NCBI GenBank assembly: GCA_028283855.1
Contig: JAPWJX010000004.1
Location: 161,394-225,393, forward strand
Origin: Verrucomicrobium sp.
Lineage (GTDB): Bacteria; Verrucomicrobiota; Verrucomicrobiia; Methylacidiphilales; GAS474
Direction: 5' to 3'
DNA: 64,000 nt
Shown: positions 11,684 through 21,543 of the stretch, piece after piece
Layout of the letters: every line of letters starts with the position of its first letter
Numbering within the stretch: the stretch's first letter is position 1
Translations under genes and position numbers: made by a program
The notes under the pieces: generated by a model
Database searches by the model: none
What the model saw: only the letters and a program-made list of their open reading frames with translations
What the model was told of the DNA's origin: nothing

Positions 11684-13557
11684 CAGGCCTGGGTCTTTTC
11701 CGGCGCGGGGGAGATCCCCGCCACGGGCACCGTGCGGCGGCTTTGCTCGATGCCGCCGATTTCCCGGCGGGGCTGGAGGGCGGCCTCCTCCGCGCGGAGG
11801 GCGTCCATCCGCTTCTCGATGGCGGCCATCGTCTCCGGCAGCGTCTCGCCCGTCCCGTCAAAGCGGATGCCCGCCAGGGCGTAGCCCTTGTGGGCGTCGA
11901 CGGAGCCGCCCGCCTTCAGGAAGGTGATGTAGTCGGCGATGGCCCCTTCCGGATCCTTGTCGTAGCGGGCGGAAATCTGCAGCGCGCCGATGCCGGACTG
12001 GAGGTATTCGGAATAGAGCGGGGCGTTGATGAGGTGGGCGCGCTCCTGCCACTGGCCGCGGCGGAACTCCTCGTAGCCGCTCCAATCCTCGATCCCGCCG
12101 AAGCGCTCCGCCTCCTTCAGCCACTGGGCGTCCTTTTCCTCCTGCGTGCTTTCCGGGTGGGCGTAGACCCAGTGCTGGAAGGCGTCGGTGGAGGCCACCT
12201 TCAGCACGTAGTTGAAGAAGTCGGCGATCATGAAGCGCTGGGCGCGCAGCTTTTCCGAAGGGTCCTGGTAGACGACGCCCAGCTTGTTCGGGACGACCAG
12301 CTCCTGCGTCATGGAGGCCAGCTCGCACAGTTCCATGCCGGGCTCGCCGCGGTAGGAGGAGAGGTCCTGGTCCTTGCAGAAATAGGCGTGGCTGCCGTGG
12401 CCCAGGCCCTCGTGGGCGGCGGTGGCGATGCCCTCCTGCGTCAGCGCGTTGTTCACGCAGAGGAACTGGCGGCGGGAGAGGGGCAGGGTGGCGCAGAAGC
12501 CGTAGCACGGCGTCTTGCCGGGGCGGTCCTCCGCGTCGAGCAGGCCGTCCCGCGCCGCCTCCTCCAGGGAGGGGGCCAGCCGGGGGTCGACGGCGTTGGC
12601 CAGCTGGATCATCCCGGGGACGAATTCTTCCTGGCTGGCGAAGGGCTTGAGAGGCGGCAGGCCGTCCGGATCGACGGTGAGGTCCCACGGGCGGAGCTTT
12701 TCCCCCTTTTGCAGCTGGCCGGAGGCGGCCATCTTTTCCTGCACATCCCGCTGGAACGCGCGGAAGAAGGGGACGATGTGGTCCTCGATCGCCTGATGGA
12801 GCTGGAGCGTCTCCTCCGGCGTCGAGTTGCGGCCCCGCGCGGCGTAGCCGTAGTGGAGGTAGTCCCCCGTCTCCGGCCGGCCGGGCAGGGCGTAGCCGGC
12901 GTTCTTTGCCATCTGGCAGCGGAGGTCCACCTGCTGGGCGAAAATCTCGTTGAACTCCTGCCGGTGGGCCAGGCGGGCTTCCTTTTCCTTTACCCAGGCT
13001 TCCTGGCGCTTGGCGCGGTCGGTGCCTTCCAGGACCGGTTTGATCTGCTGGGAGGTGAGGGTCTTTCCGTCCAGCTCGACGGTCAGGTTGGACGTGGCTT
13101 CCTCATAGGCGCTGGCCAGGTTGGTGTCCTGGGTGCCCAGCTCGGTGTTTTCCTCCCGATAAAGGGTGACGGCGGTGTTGATCCCCTTCCGCAGCTCGTC
13201 GAAATAGGGGGGCAGGGCCTGGAAGGCGGGATGGGCCTGGAGCTTCTTTTGCAGCGCGGCGTCGATGTCCTGGATCGGCGGGCTCACCTCGTTGACCAGC
13301 CGGTCGTAGGCGGCCTTATATTCCGGATTGTTCGTGTCGGAATCGCGGTCGAGGGTCACGGCCTGCCATGCTTCGCCGGAGGCGTCTTCGAATTCGTCGC
13401 TCAGCTCGATCCAGGCCCGCATGTCGGCCTCGGTCTTTACCTCGCCCAGGCGCGCGTCGAGATCGGCGTAGATCTTTTCCAGCGTGGGGAGGTCGAGGAA
13501 GTCGGCTCCTTCCAGCAGGGGGTAAGTCAGCGGCTTGTAGGGAGGGAGCTTCTTCAT
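11683..13557 (-). CDS. M3B oligoendopeptidase F-like protein, divergent (HExxxH) with C-terminal extension
   Basis: LRPWDL, RPGK, HEGLGH, E in CELASM, DAFQHWVY, HL..P.Y..Y..GALQ match the PepF layout; stop overlaps the next gene start (TGATG). Confidence 0.85.
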   Translation of the reverse strand: MKKLPPYKPLTYPLLEGADFLDLPTLEKIYADLDARLGEVKTEADMRAWIELSDEFEDASGEAWQAVTLDRDSDTNNPEYKAAYDRLVNEVSPPIQDIDAALQKKLQAHPAFQALPPYFDELRKGINTAVTLYREENTELGTQDTNLASAYEEATSNLTVELDGKTLTSQQIKPVLEGTDRAKRQEAWVKEKEARLAHRQEFNEIFAQQVDLRCQMAKNAGYALPGRPETGDYLHYGYAARGRNSTPEETLQLHQAIEDHIVPFFRAFQRDVQEKMAASGQLQKGEKLRPWDLTVDPDGLPPLKPFASQEEFVPGMIQLANAVDPRLAPSLEEAARDGLLDAEDRPGKTPCYGFCATLPLSRRQFLCVNNALTQEGIATAAHEGLGHGSHAYFCKDQDLSSYRGEPGMELCELASMTQELVVPNKLGVVYQDPSEKLRAQRFMIADFFNYVLKVASTDAFQHWVYAHPESTQEEKDAQWLKEAERFGGIEDWSGYEEFRRGQWQERAHLINAPLYSEYLQSGIGALQISARYDKDPEGAIADYITFLKAGGSVDAHKGYALAGIRFDGTGETLPETMAAIEKRMDALRAEEAALQPRREIGGIEQSRRTVPVAGISPAPEKTQA

Positions 13558-13561
13558 GGGG

Positions 13562-13572
13562 ATAATTGTTAA
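13562..13572 (-). promoter_or_regulatory. possible degenerate copy of the TAGCCGAATTA element
   Basis: TTAACAATTAT-CCCC-ATG versus TTAGCCGAATTAT-ACCCC-ATG at nadE; both are also preceded by TTTTT(C/G)GCCCC about 11-12 nt further upstream. Confidence 0.35.
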
Positions 13573-13647
13573 GATGGGTTAATCGGGGCGAAAAAATCGC
13601 GTTGTAAGAAGGGGCGGAGGATGGCAAAAGAGTCGATTCCATTCAAG

Positions 13648-14664
13648 ATGAGTTCTCGTTCCGCCACCGCCGCCGCGCCCGCCGCGCGGCCCATCACCCC
13701 CCTCGAGTTCGAGAAGCCGGTCGCCGAGCTGGAAAAAATGCTCGCCGAGCTGAAGACCCGCTCGGAGGCCCATGACGTCGACCTGGGCGGGGAGATCACC
13801 CGGCTGGAGAAGAAAATCGCCGAGGAGCGGGCGGAACTCTACACGAAGCTGACTCCCTGGCAGCGCGTCCAGATCGCCCGCCACCCGCAGCGCCCCTATT
13901 TCCTGGACTACGCCCAGCGCCTCTTCACCGACTTCACCGAGCTGGCGGGGGACCGCGTCTACGGCAACGACCGCGCGACCGTCGGCGGCCTGGCCACCCT
14001 GGACGGGGAGCGGGTCGTCGTCATCGGCCAGCAAAAGGGCCGGGACGTGAAGGAGAACCTCCTGCGCAACTTCGGCATGTCCCACCCGGAAGGCTACCGC
14101 AAGGCCCTTCGCCTCATGCAGATGGCGGACAAGTTCGGCCTGCCCATCCTGTGCTTCATCGACACCCCGGGGGCCTACCCCGGCCTGGCCTCCGAGGAAC
14201 GCCACGTCGGCGAGGCGATCGCCAAGAACCTGCGGGAAATGTTCTCCCTGCGCGTCCCCATCGTCGCCACCGTGCTGGGCGAGGGGGGGAGCGGCGGCGC
14301 CCTGGGCATCGGCGTGGCCGACCGCGTCCTCCTCATGGAGAACGCCTACTACTCCGTCATTTCCCCGGAGGGCTGCGCCTCCATCCTCTGGCACTCCGCC
14401 GCCCAGGCCCCGAAGGCGGCCGAGGCGATGAAGATCAGTTCCGCCGAGCTTTTCAAAATGAAGCTGGTGGAGGAAGTCATCCCCGAGCCCCTCGGCGGCG
14501 CGCACCGCAACTGGGACGCCGCCGCGGCCTCCCTCAAGGACGCCATCCTCCGCCACCTGCGCCAGCTGCAGAAGCTGGGCGTCTCCGCCCTGCAGGAAGG
14601 CCGCTACGAGAAGTTCCGCCAATACGGCGCCTTTGAAGAGCGCGCGGGCAAGTCCGGCAAGTAG
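13648..14664 (+). CDS. accA: acetyl-CoA carboxylase carboxyltransferase alpha subunit
   Basis: LEFEKP, ARHPQRP, NFGMSHPEGYRKA, DTPGAYPG, GEGGSGGAL; alternative start 13621. Confidence 0.96.
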   Translation: MSSRSATAAAPAARPITPLEFEKPVAELEKMLAELKTRSEAHDVDLGGEITRLEKKIAEERAELYTKLTPWQRVQIARHPQRPYFLDYAQRLFTDFTELAGDRVYGNDRATVGGLATLDGERVVVIGQQKGRDVKENLLRNFGMSHPEGYRKALRLMQMADKFGLPILCFIDTPGAYPGLASEERHVGEAIAKNLREMFSLRVPIVATVLGEGGSGGALGIGVADRVLLMENAYYSVISPEGCASILWHSAAQAPKAAEAMKISSAELFKMKLVEEVIPEPLGGAHRNWDAAAASLKDAILRHLRQLQKLGVSALQEGRYEKFRQYGAFEERAGKSGK

Positions 14665-14670
14665 CTTTTG

Positions 14671-16458
<1,788 letters not shown>

Positions 16459-16506
16459 TTCCATAGCTCATCACGAGGCCTTCTTTCCTCCCCTAACCCT
16501 ACCCAC

Positions 16507-17166
16507 GTGGCTCGCCCTCCTAGAAACTTCAATAGCGGCCGGTTCAGCAACCATACCGTCCGCGCCAATCACTTCATCCGCGCCCGCGAGGTCTTCGTCA
16601 TCGACGGGGACGGCAAGCCGGTCGGCAACATGCCGACCCCCGCCGCCCTCGACCTGGCCAAGCGTTCCGGCCTCGACCTGGTCGAGATCTCCCCGAACGC
16701 CAACCCGCCGGTCTGCAAGATCCTCGACTACGGCAAATACCGCTACGAGATCGCCAAGAAGGACAAAGACTCCAAAAAGCACGGCGGCGCCTCCAAGGTG
16801 AAGGAGATGCAGTTCCACCTGAACATCGATCCCCACGACTACGCCACCAAGCTGCGCCACGCCGAGCAGTTCATGTGGAAGGGCATGAAGGTGAAGCTCT
16901 CCCTCTTCCTCCGCGGCCGGGAAAACCTGCATAAGGACCTGGGGGAGGCGCTCATGCGCCGCGTCCGGGCCGACCTCTCCCACATCGGCGCCGCCGATCA
17001 GGAGCCAAAATTTGTTGGCAAAAGCATTTCGATGATGCTAACACCCTTCCCCCTGCAAAAACGGACCCGGAAGTTCACAGAGGCCGATGAGGCCGAGGAA
17101 CCCGAGGGGGAGGAAGAGGAAACGACCGAATCTTCCGCCGACGGACAGCCCGAATCGGCCGCCTAA
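16507..17166 (+). CDS. infC: translation initiation factor IF-3
   Basis: N..IRAREV.VI, LDLVEISPNA.PPVCKILDYGKY; GTG start; position between thrS and rpmI. Confidence 0.95.
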   Translation: MARPPRNFNSGRFSNHTVRANHFIRAREVFVIDGDGKPVGNMPTPAALDLAKRSGLDLVEISPNANPPVCKILDYGKYRYEIAKKDKDSKKHGGASKVKEMQFHLNIDPHDYATKLRHAEQFMWKGMKVKLSLFLRGRENLHKDLGEALMRRVRADLSHIGAADQEPKFVGKSISMMLTPFPLQKRTRKFTEADEAEEPEGEEEETTESSADGQPESAA

Positions 17167-17192
17167 TGCGGGTAGAATAAGAGAGAAAATAT

Positions 17193-17408
17193 ATGCCGAA
17201 AGCCGTTGCCCGCCGTAAGACTAAGAAGTCTGTCGCCAAGCGTTTCAAGATCACCGCCACCGGGAAGGTCCTGACCTCCCGCGCCGGACGCCGCCACCTT
17301 GCCGGTTCCAAGAACCGCAAGCGCATGCGCAGCCTGGGGAAGGTCAAACGCGTCAGCGAGACCGACGAATACCGGATCAAATCGAACCTGCCTTTCAGCC
17401 GCCGTTAA
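17193..17408 (+). CDS. rpmI: 50S ribosomal protein L35
   Basis: KTKKSVAKRFKITATGK motif; infC-rpmI-rplT order. Confidence 0.96.
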   Translation: MPKAVARRKTKKSVAKRFKITATGKVLTSRAGRRHLAGSKNRKRMRSLGKVKRVSETDEYRIKSNLPFSRR

Positions 17409-17505
17409 GGCGCTGTAATCGCAGCCCGAAGGCCAGATTTGCCTTTACAGCCTGCCCGAACCGGGCATGCTAACCCCTCCATTTTAACTAAAAGAGAGAA
17501 CTGAT

Positions 17506-17853
17506 ATGGCACGTACCACTAACGCCCCCGCCTCCCGCGAGCGCCGCAAGCGCGTCGTTTCCGCCGCGAAAGGCTACCGCGGCCGCCGCAGCAAGCTTTT
17601 CCGCTACGCCAAGGATGCGCGGATGAAGGCTCAATACTGGTCCTACCGCGACCGCAAGACCCGGAAGCGCAACTTCCGCGCCCTCTGGCTCACCCGCATT
17701 TCCGCCGCCTGCAAGGCCCACGGCATCACCTACAGCCGCTTCGCCGAGGCGCTGAAGAAGGCCCAGATCGAGCTGGACCGCAAGGTCCTGGCCGACCTGG
17801 CCGTTGCCGAGCCGACCGCCTTTGCCGCCCTCGTCGGCGCGCTCAAGGCCTAG
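17506..17853 (+). CDS. rplT: 50S ribosomal protein L20
   Basis: AKGYRGRRS, YRDRKTRKRNFRALW..RI.AA, LDRKVLADLA. Confidence 0.97.
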   Translation: MARTTNAPASRERRKRVVSAAKGYRGRRSKLFRYAKDARMKAQYWSYRDRKTRKRNFRALWLTRISAACKAHGITYSRFAEALKKAQIELDRKVLADLAVAEPTAFAALVGALKA

Positions 17854-17880
17854 CGGACCTCCGGTTTTAGATAAGAGCCA

Positions 17881-17920
17881 AAGAAAAAGGCGCCTCCCGT
17901 AAGGGAGGCGCCTTTTTCTT
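17881..17920. terminator. bidirectional intrinsic terminator
   Basis: Perfect 18-bp inverted repeat AAGAAAAAGGCGCCTCCC-gtaa-GGGAGGCGCCTTTTTCTT between convergent rplT and 17939..18226. Confidence 0.93.
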
Positions 17921-17938
17921 TAGGGGCGGAAAGGGGTT

Positions 17939-18226
17939 TTAGTGGGTGTGGCTGCGGGGATCCAGCAGGCCGGCCTGCAAGGCGTGGTTGTGCGCCCGGA
18001 CGTAGCGGGCGACGTTGATCTCTTCCCCCTTGCTCTGGCGGACGAGTTCTTCCTTATGCAGGCTGGTAAACTGGGCGCGCTCGACGGGATCGGGCAGGGC
18101 GGCGACGGTGACCTCGTGCCGGACCAACTTGGCTTCGGGCGAGTCGGTCTTCACGCATGCTTTTTCCAGGACGCCCTTCAGCCGGGCTTCGGTGTGGTCG
18201 GGGAGGGGAGGGAGGAGGGTGGGCAT
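17939..18226 (-). CDS. hypothetical protein (95 aa orphan) preceded by the TAGCCGAATTA element
   Basis: ATG start, GC-rich third positions, fills the gap between nadE and the terminator; no family recognised. Confidence 0.75.
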   Translation of the reverse strand: MPTLLPPLPDHTEARLKGVLEKACVKTDSPEAKLVRHEVTVAALPDPVERAQFTSLHKEELVRQSKGEEINVARYVRAHNHALQAGLLDPRSHTH

Positions 18227-18243
18227 GGAGGTTTCTTTTTAGG

Positions 18244-18259
18244 TAATTCGGCTATTTCC
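18244..18259 (-). promoter_or_regulatory. conserved upstream element copy 1 (GGAAATAGCCGAATTA)
   Basis: Read directly; GCCGAATT ends 18 nt before ATG 18226. Confidence 0.8.
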
Positions 18260-18293
18260 CGGGCAACTTTCCCGGAAAAAGCAGGTTCCAGGC

Positions 18294-20405
18294 CTATTTC
18301 TCGCGCTGGGGCGCCTTTTTCTCCGGGGAAGGGAGGGGGGCGACCGGCGGACGGGTCGCTTCCGCCAAAAGGGAGCGGGCTTGCCGCTTTTCCTGTTCCC
18401 GCTGCGCGCAGGCTTCCACGACGCCCCACATGGTTTCCAGCTCCTTCTTGAAGCCGCCGGAAAGCAGGGGCATGCGGTTGCCCGTCTTCGGGTCCAGGTT
18501 GTGGTCGTCCAGGTGGAAGGAGGGGGCTTCCCGGTCCCGCTTCCACTGGGTGCCGAAGTAGAGGTCGACGACTTTCCTGATATCGTTCCCCAACTCGTGC
18601 GGGGTCAGCTCCGGCAGTTCGGGCCGGAGCCGCTGGAAGATCTCCGCCGGGACCTGCTTGTCCCGGACCAGGGCCCGCTCGATCATGTTGAGGACCCGGT
18701 GGGGCATGAGGTCCTTTTCGTCGGTCTGGTTTTCGACGAGGGGGCGCAGCTCGCCGGAGGGCGGCTTGGCGAAGACCTTTTCCAGGGCGGTGATGGGGCC
18801 GAAGCCGATGGGGCCTTCCTTTTGCAGCCACGGCAGCCAGCTTTCCCGGAGGAATTCCTTGTCGACGCCGGCCAGCGGGGCCAGGCCGCCGGCGGTGTCG
18901 CCGTCCTGGGTGGAGTAGCCGACGGTCGCTTCCGAGCGGTTGGTGGTGACCAGGAGGAGGGCGTTGCGGAGGTTGGCGGCCAGCCAGATGCCGGGGGCGC
19001 GGACGCGGGCCTGGATGTTCTGCCGGGCGTGGTCGTCCCGCTCCCAGTCCAGGGGGCGGCCGGTGATCTGCTCGCCAAGTTTTTCGTAGGCGTCGACGAG
19101 GGGCTGGATGTCGAACTCGTGGTATTCGGCCCCCAGTTCCTTGGAAACGGCGCGGGCCGCCGCGCGGGTTTCGGCGGAGCTGTTTTCCCCGCCCTGGTAG
19201 GCGCAGAGGGTGTGGCGGCTCATGAAGTCGCCGGGCGTCCGGGATTGTTCGATGCCGGGGATGTGGGAGAGCTTTTTCTGGAATCCTGCGACGCCCAGCT
19301 CGTCCATGGCGAATTTCGCCGCGATGCCCTGCAGGGAGAGGACGGCGGCGGAGTCGACGCCGCCGCTTAGGGAGGTGGCGAGGCTGTGGAGCTGCGGGTT
19401 TTTGCGGAAGTAGTCGAAGAGGGCCAGGGCTTCGGCACGGGTGAACTCCTCCTCCTTGTGATGGGGGCTCAATTCCCAGGCCGGAGCGGCGGGCGGCGTG
19501 GCCTTTTCATTCTCCACGGCGGGCCAGGGGAAGGGGATGGCGACGAGGCCCGGCTCCACCGCCTCGAAGCGCGGCTGGAAGCTGGCGGAGGCGCGCTGGG
19601 CGGTGCGGGTGGCGTCGATGTCCAGGACGGCGGGGGTCACCAGCACGTCGCGGAAGGAGAGGCGCGGCCCCTCGGCCATCAGCTCGCCCCGGCTGGCGAT
19701 CAGCGCGCCGCCGTCGTAGATCATGCGGCCCGCCTCGTTGCCCAGCAGGTTGCTGTAGAGGTAGTGGGCGTTGAAGGCGCGGGAGCCTTCCAGGACGATG
19801 CGCTTGCGCACCTCGTGCTTGCCGAAGGAGAAGTGGCTGGCGCTGGAATTGAGGATGAGGTCGGCGCCGCGCTGGGCCAGGGGAGTGCCGGGGCGGTTGG
19901 CCACCCAGGCGTCCTCGCACGTTTCCAGGCCGATGCGGACGCCGCCGATGTCGAAAAGGAGGTCGCCGATGGGGTAGGCCTTCCCGCCCAGGGTGACGGT
20001 CGATTGGACCCCTTCCGGCCATTCCTTGAACCAGCGGGACTCGTAGTGGTTGCCGTCGTTGGCCAGGTGCTGCTTCGGCACGAAGCCCTTGATCTCCCCG
20101 TCGACGCAGACGGCCTGCGCGTTGAAAAGGCCGTTATGGTAGGGCAGGGGAAGGCCCAGGGTGGCGACCATGCCCTTGGTTTCCGGCAGGAGGCGCTGGA
20201 GCATCTCCCAGGCCTGCTGCTGGACGCCGAGGTATTGGAAGGCGTCCTCGCACCCGTAGCCGGTAATGCAGAGTTCCGGCAGGCAGGCGACGGAGGCTTC
20301 CTGGGCGCGGCTTTCCCGCAGGGCCTGGCGGATGCGCGCCTCGTTCCCCTCCCAATCCAGGGGGGTCTGATTCAGGGCGACGGCGGCGGCCTTGACCAAT
20401 TGCAT
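18294..20405 (-). CDS. nadE: glutamine-dependent NAD+ synthetase, divergent, with Pro/Lys-rich tail
   Basis: C-terminal 703 aa of ORF 18294..21545: nitrilase-fold triad (LPE, VPK, TCEDAW), SLSGGVDS PP-loop, QNIQARVR, QTDEKDLMP, QWKR..APSFHLD. Confidence 0.92.
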   Translation of the reverse strand: MQLVKAAAVALNQTPLDWEGNEARIRQALRESRAQEASVACLPELCITGYGCEDAFQYLGVQQQAWEMLQRLLPETKGMVATLGLPLPYHNGLFNAQAVCVDGEIKGFVPKQHLANDGNHYESRWFKEWPEGVQSTVTLGGKAYPIGDLLFDIGGVRIGLETCEDAWVANRPGTPLAQRGADLILNSSASHFSFGKHEVRKRIVLEGSRAFNAHYLYSNLLGNEAGRMIYDGGALIASRGELMAEGPRLSFRDVLVTPAVLDIDATRTAQRASASFQPRFEAVEPGLVAIPFPWPAVENEKATPPAAPAWELSPHHKEEEFTRAEALALFDYFRKNPQLHSLATSLSGGVDSAAVLSLQGIAAKFAMDELGVAGFQKKLSHIPGIEQSRTPGDFMSRHTLCAYQGGENSSAETRAAARAVSKELGAEYHEFDIQPLVDAYEKLGEQITGRPLDWERDDHARQNIQARVRAPGIWLAANLRNALLLVTTNRSEATVGYSTQDGDTAGGLAPLAGVDKEFLRESWLPWLQKEGPIGFGPITALEKVFAKPPSGELRPLVENQTDEKDLMPHRVLNMIERALVRDKQVPAEIFQRLRPELPELTPHELGNDIRKVVDLYFGTQWKRDREAPSFHLDDHNLDPKTGNRMPLLSGGFKKELETMWGVVEACAQREQEKRQARSLLAEATRPPVAPLPSPEKKAPQREK

Positions 20406-20410
20406 GGGGT

Positions 20411-20423
20411 ATAATTCGGCTAA
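20411..20423 (-). promoter_or_regulatory. conserved upstream element copy 2 (TTAGCCGAATTAT)
   Basis: Read directly; GCCGAATT ends 7 nt before nadE ATG 20405. Confidence 0.8.
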
Positions 20424-20495
20424 ATAGAGGGGAAGGGGCCAAAAATATGCTTTTCCCCGGGGCTGGGAGGGGCGATTTTCTTCCCCTTCCCCCCT

Positions 20496-21539
20496 ATGGA
20501 AAACGACCTGCAGAACCTGGAAGCCGAGATCGGCTCCGCCCTGGCCGCCGTGGCCGACACCCCCGCGCTGGAGGCGGTGCGCATCAAGTATTTCGCCAAG
20601 AGCGGCCTGATCACCTCCCTGATGGAGAAGGTGGGCCAGGCGCCGAAGGAGCAGCGCCCCGTCCTGGGCAAGCAGGTCAACGAGTTCAAGGGCCGGGTCA
20701 ACGCCGCTTTCGAGGAGAAGAAGAGCGCCCTGGAGAGCAAGGCGGAGGCCGCGGGCGTCGACGAGACGCTGCCGGGCCGCCCCGTGCCCGCCGGTTCCCT
20801 CCACCCGATCTACGCCGCGCGGGACCGCGCCATCGCCATCTTCCGCCGCCTGGGCTTCTCCCTGGCGGAGGGGCCGGACGTGGAGACGGAGCACTACAAT
20901 TTCGACGCGCTGAACACCCCCGCCGACCACCCGGCGCGGAACGAGGGGGACACCTTCTACCTGGCCGACCAGTCCCTCCGCCTGGCCGCCGACGGCGACC
21001 GGGACCGCCGGGGCCGCCTGCTCCTGCGCACGCAGACCTCCCCCGTCCAGATCCGCGTCCTGGAAAAGGCGACGCCGCCCGTCCGCATCATCGCCCCGGG
21101 CCGCTGCTACCGCCGGGACGAGATCGACGCCACCCACGGCATCGCCTTCCACCAGATGGAGGGCCTCGTCGTCGCGGAGGGGGTCTCCCTGGCGGAGATG
21201 AAGGGGACCATGGAGCTCTTCTTCCGCGAGCTCTTGGGCCACGACCTCAAGTTCCGCTTCCGCCCCCACTTCTTCCCCTTCACCGAGCCGAGCTTCGAGG
21301 TCGACGCCTCCCGCCCGGGCAACCTGGTCAAGGGCAAGGAATGGCTGGAGATCTGCGGCTGCGGCATGGTCCATCCCAAGGTGCTGCAGAACGCGGGCAT
21401 CGACCCGGAGAAATACACCGGCTTCGCCTTCGGCTTCGGCATCGAGCGGATCGCCATGATGCTCCACCACGTGAACGACCTGCGCCTCTTCACGGAGGGC
21501 GACGCCCGCTTCCTGCGCCAACTTTCCCCTGCCGTCTAA
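20496..21539 (+). CDS. pheS: phenylalanine--tRNA ligase alpha subunit
   Basis: NFDALN.P.DHPAR...DTFY, LLRTQTSPVQIR, FHQMEGL, FRPHFFPFTEPS, GFAFGFGIER. Confidence 0.97.
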   Translation: MENDLQNLEAEIGSALAAVADTPALEAVRIKYFAKSGLITSLMEKVGQAPKEQRPVLGKQVNEFKGRVNAAFEEKKSALESKAEAAGVDETLPGRPVPAGSLHPIYAARDRAIAIFRRLGFSLAEGPDVETEHYNFDALNTPADHPARNEGDTFYLADQSLRLAADGDRDRRGRLLLRTQTSPVQIRVLEKATPPVRIIAPGRCYRRDEIDATHGIAFHQMEGLVVAEGVSLAEMKGTMELFFRELLGHDLKFRFRPHFFPFTEPSFEVDASRPGNLVKGKEWLEICGCGMVHPKVLQNAGIDPEKYTGFAFGFGIERIAMMLHHVNDLRLFTEGDARFLRQLSPAV

Positions 21540-21543
21540 GCCC

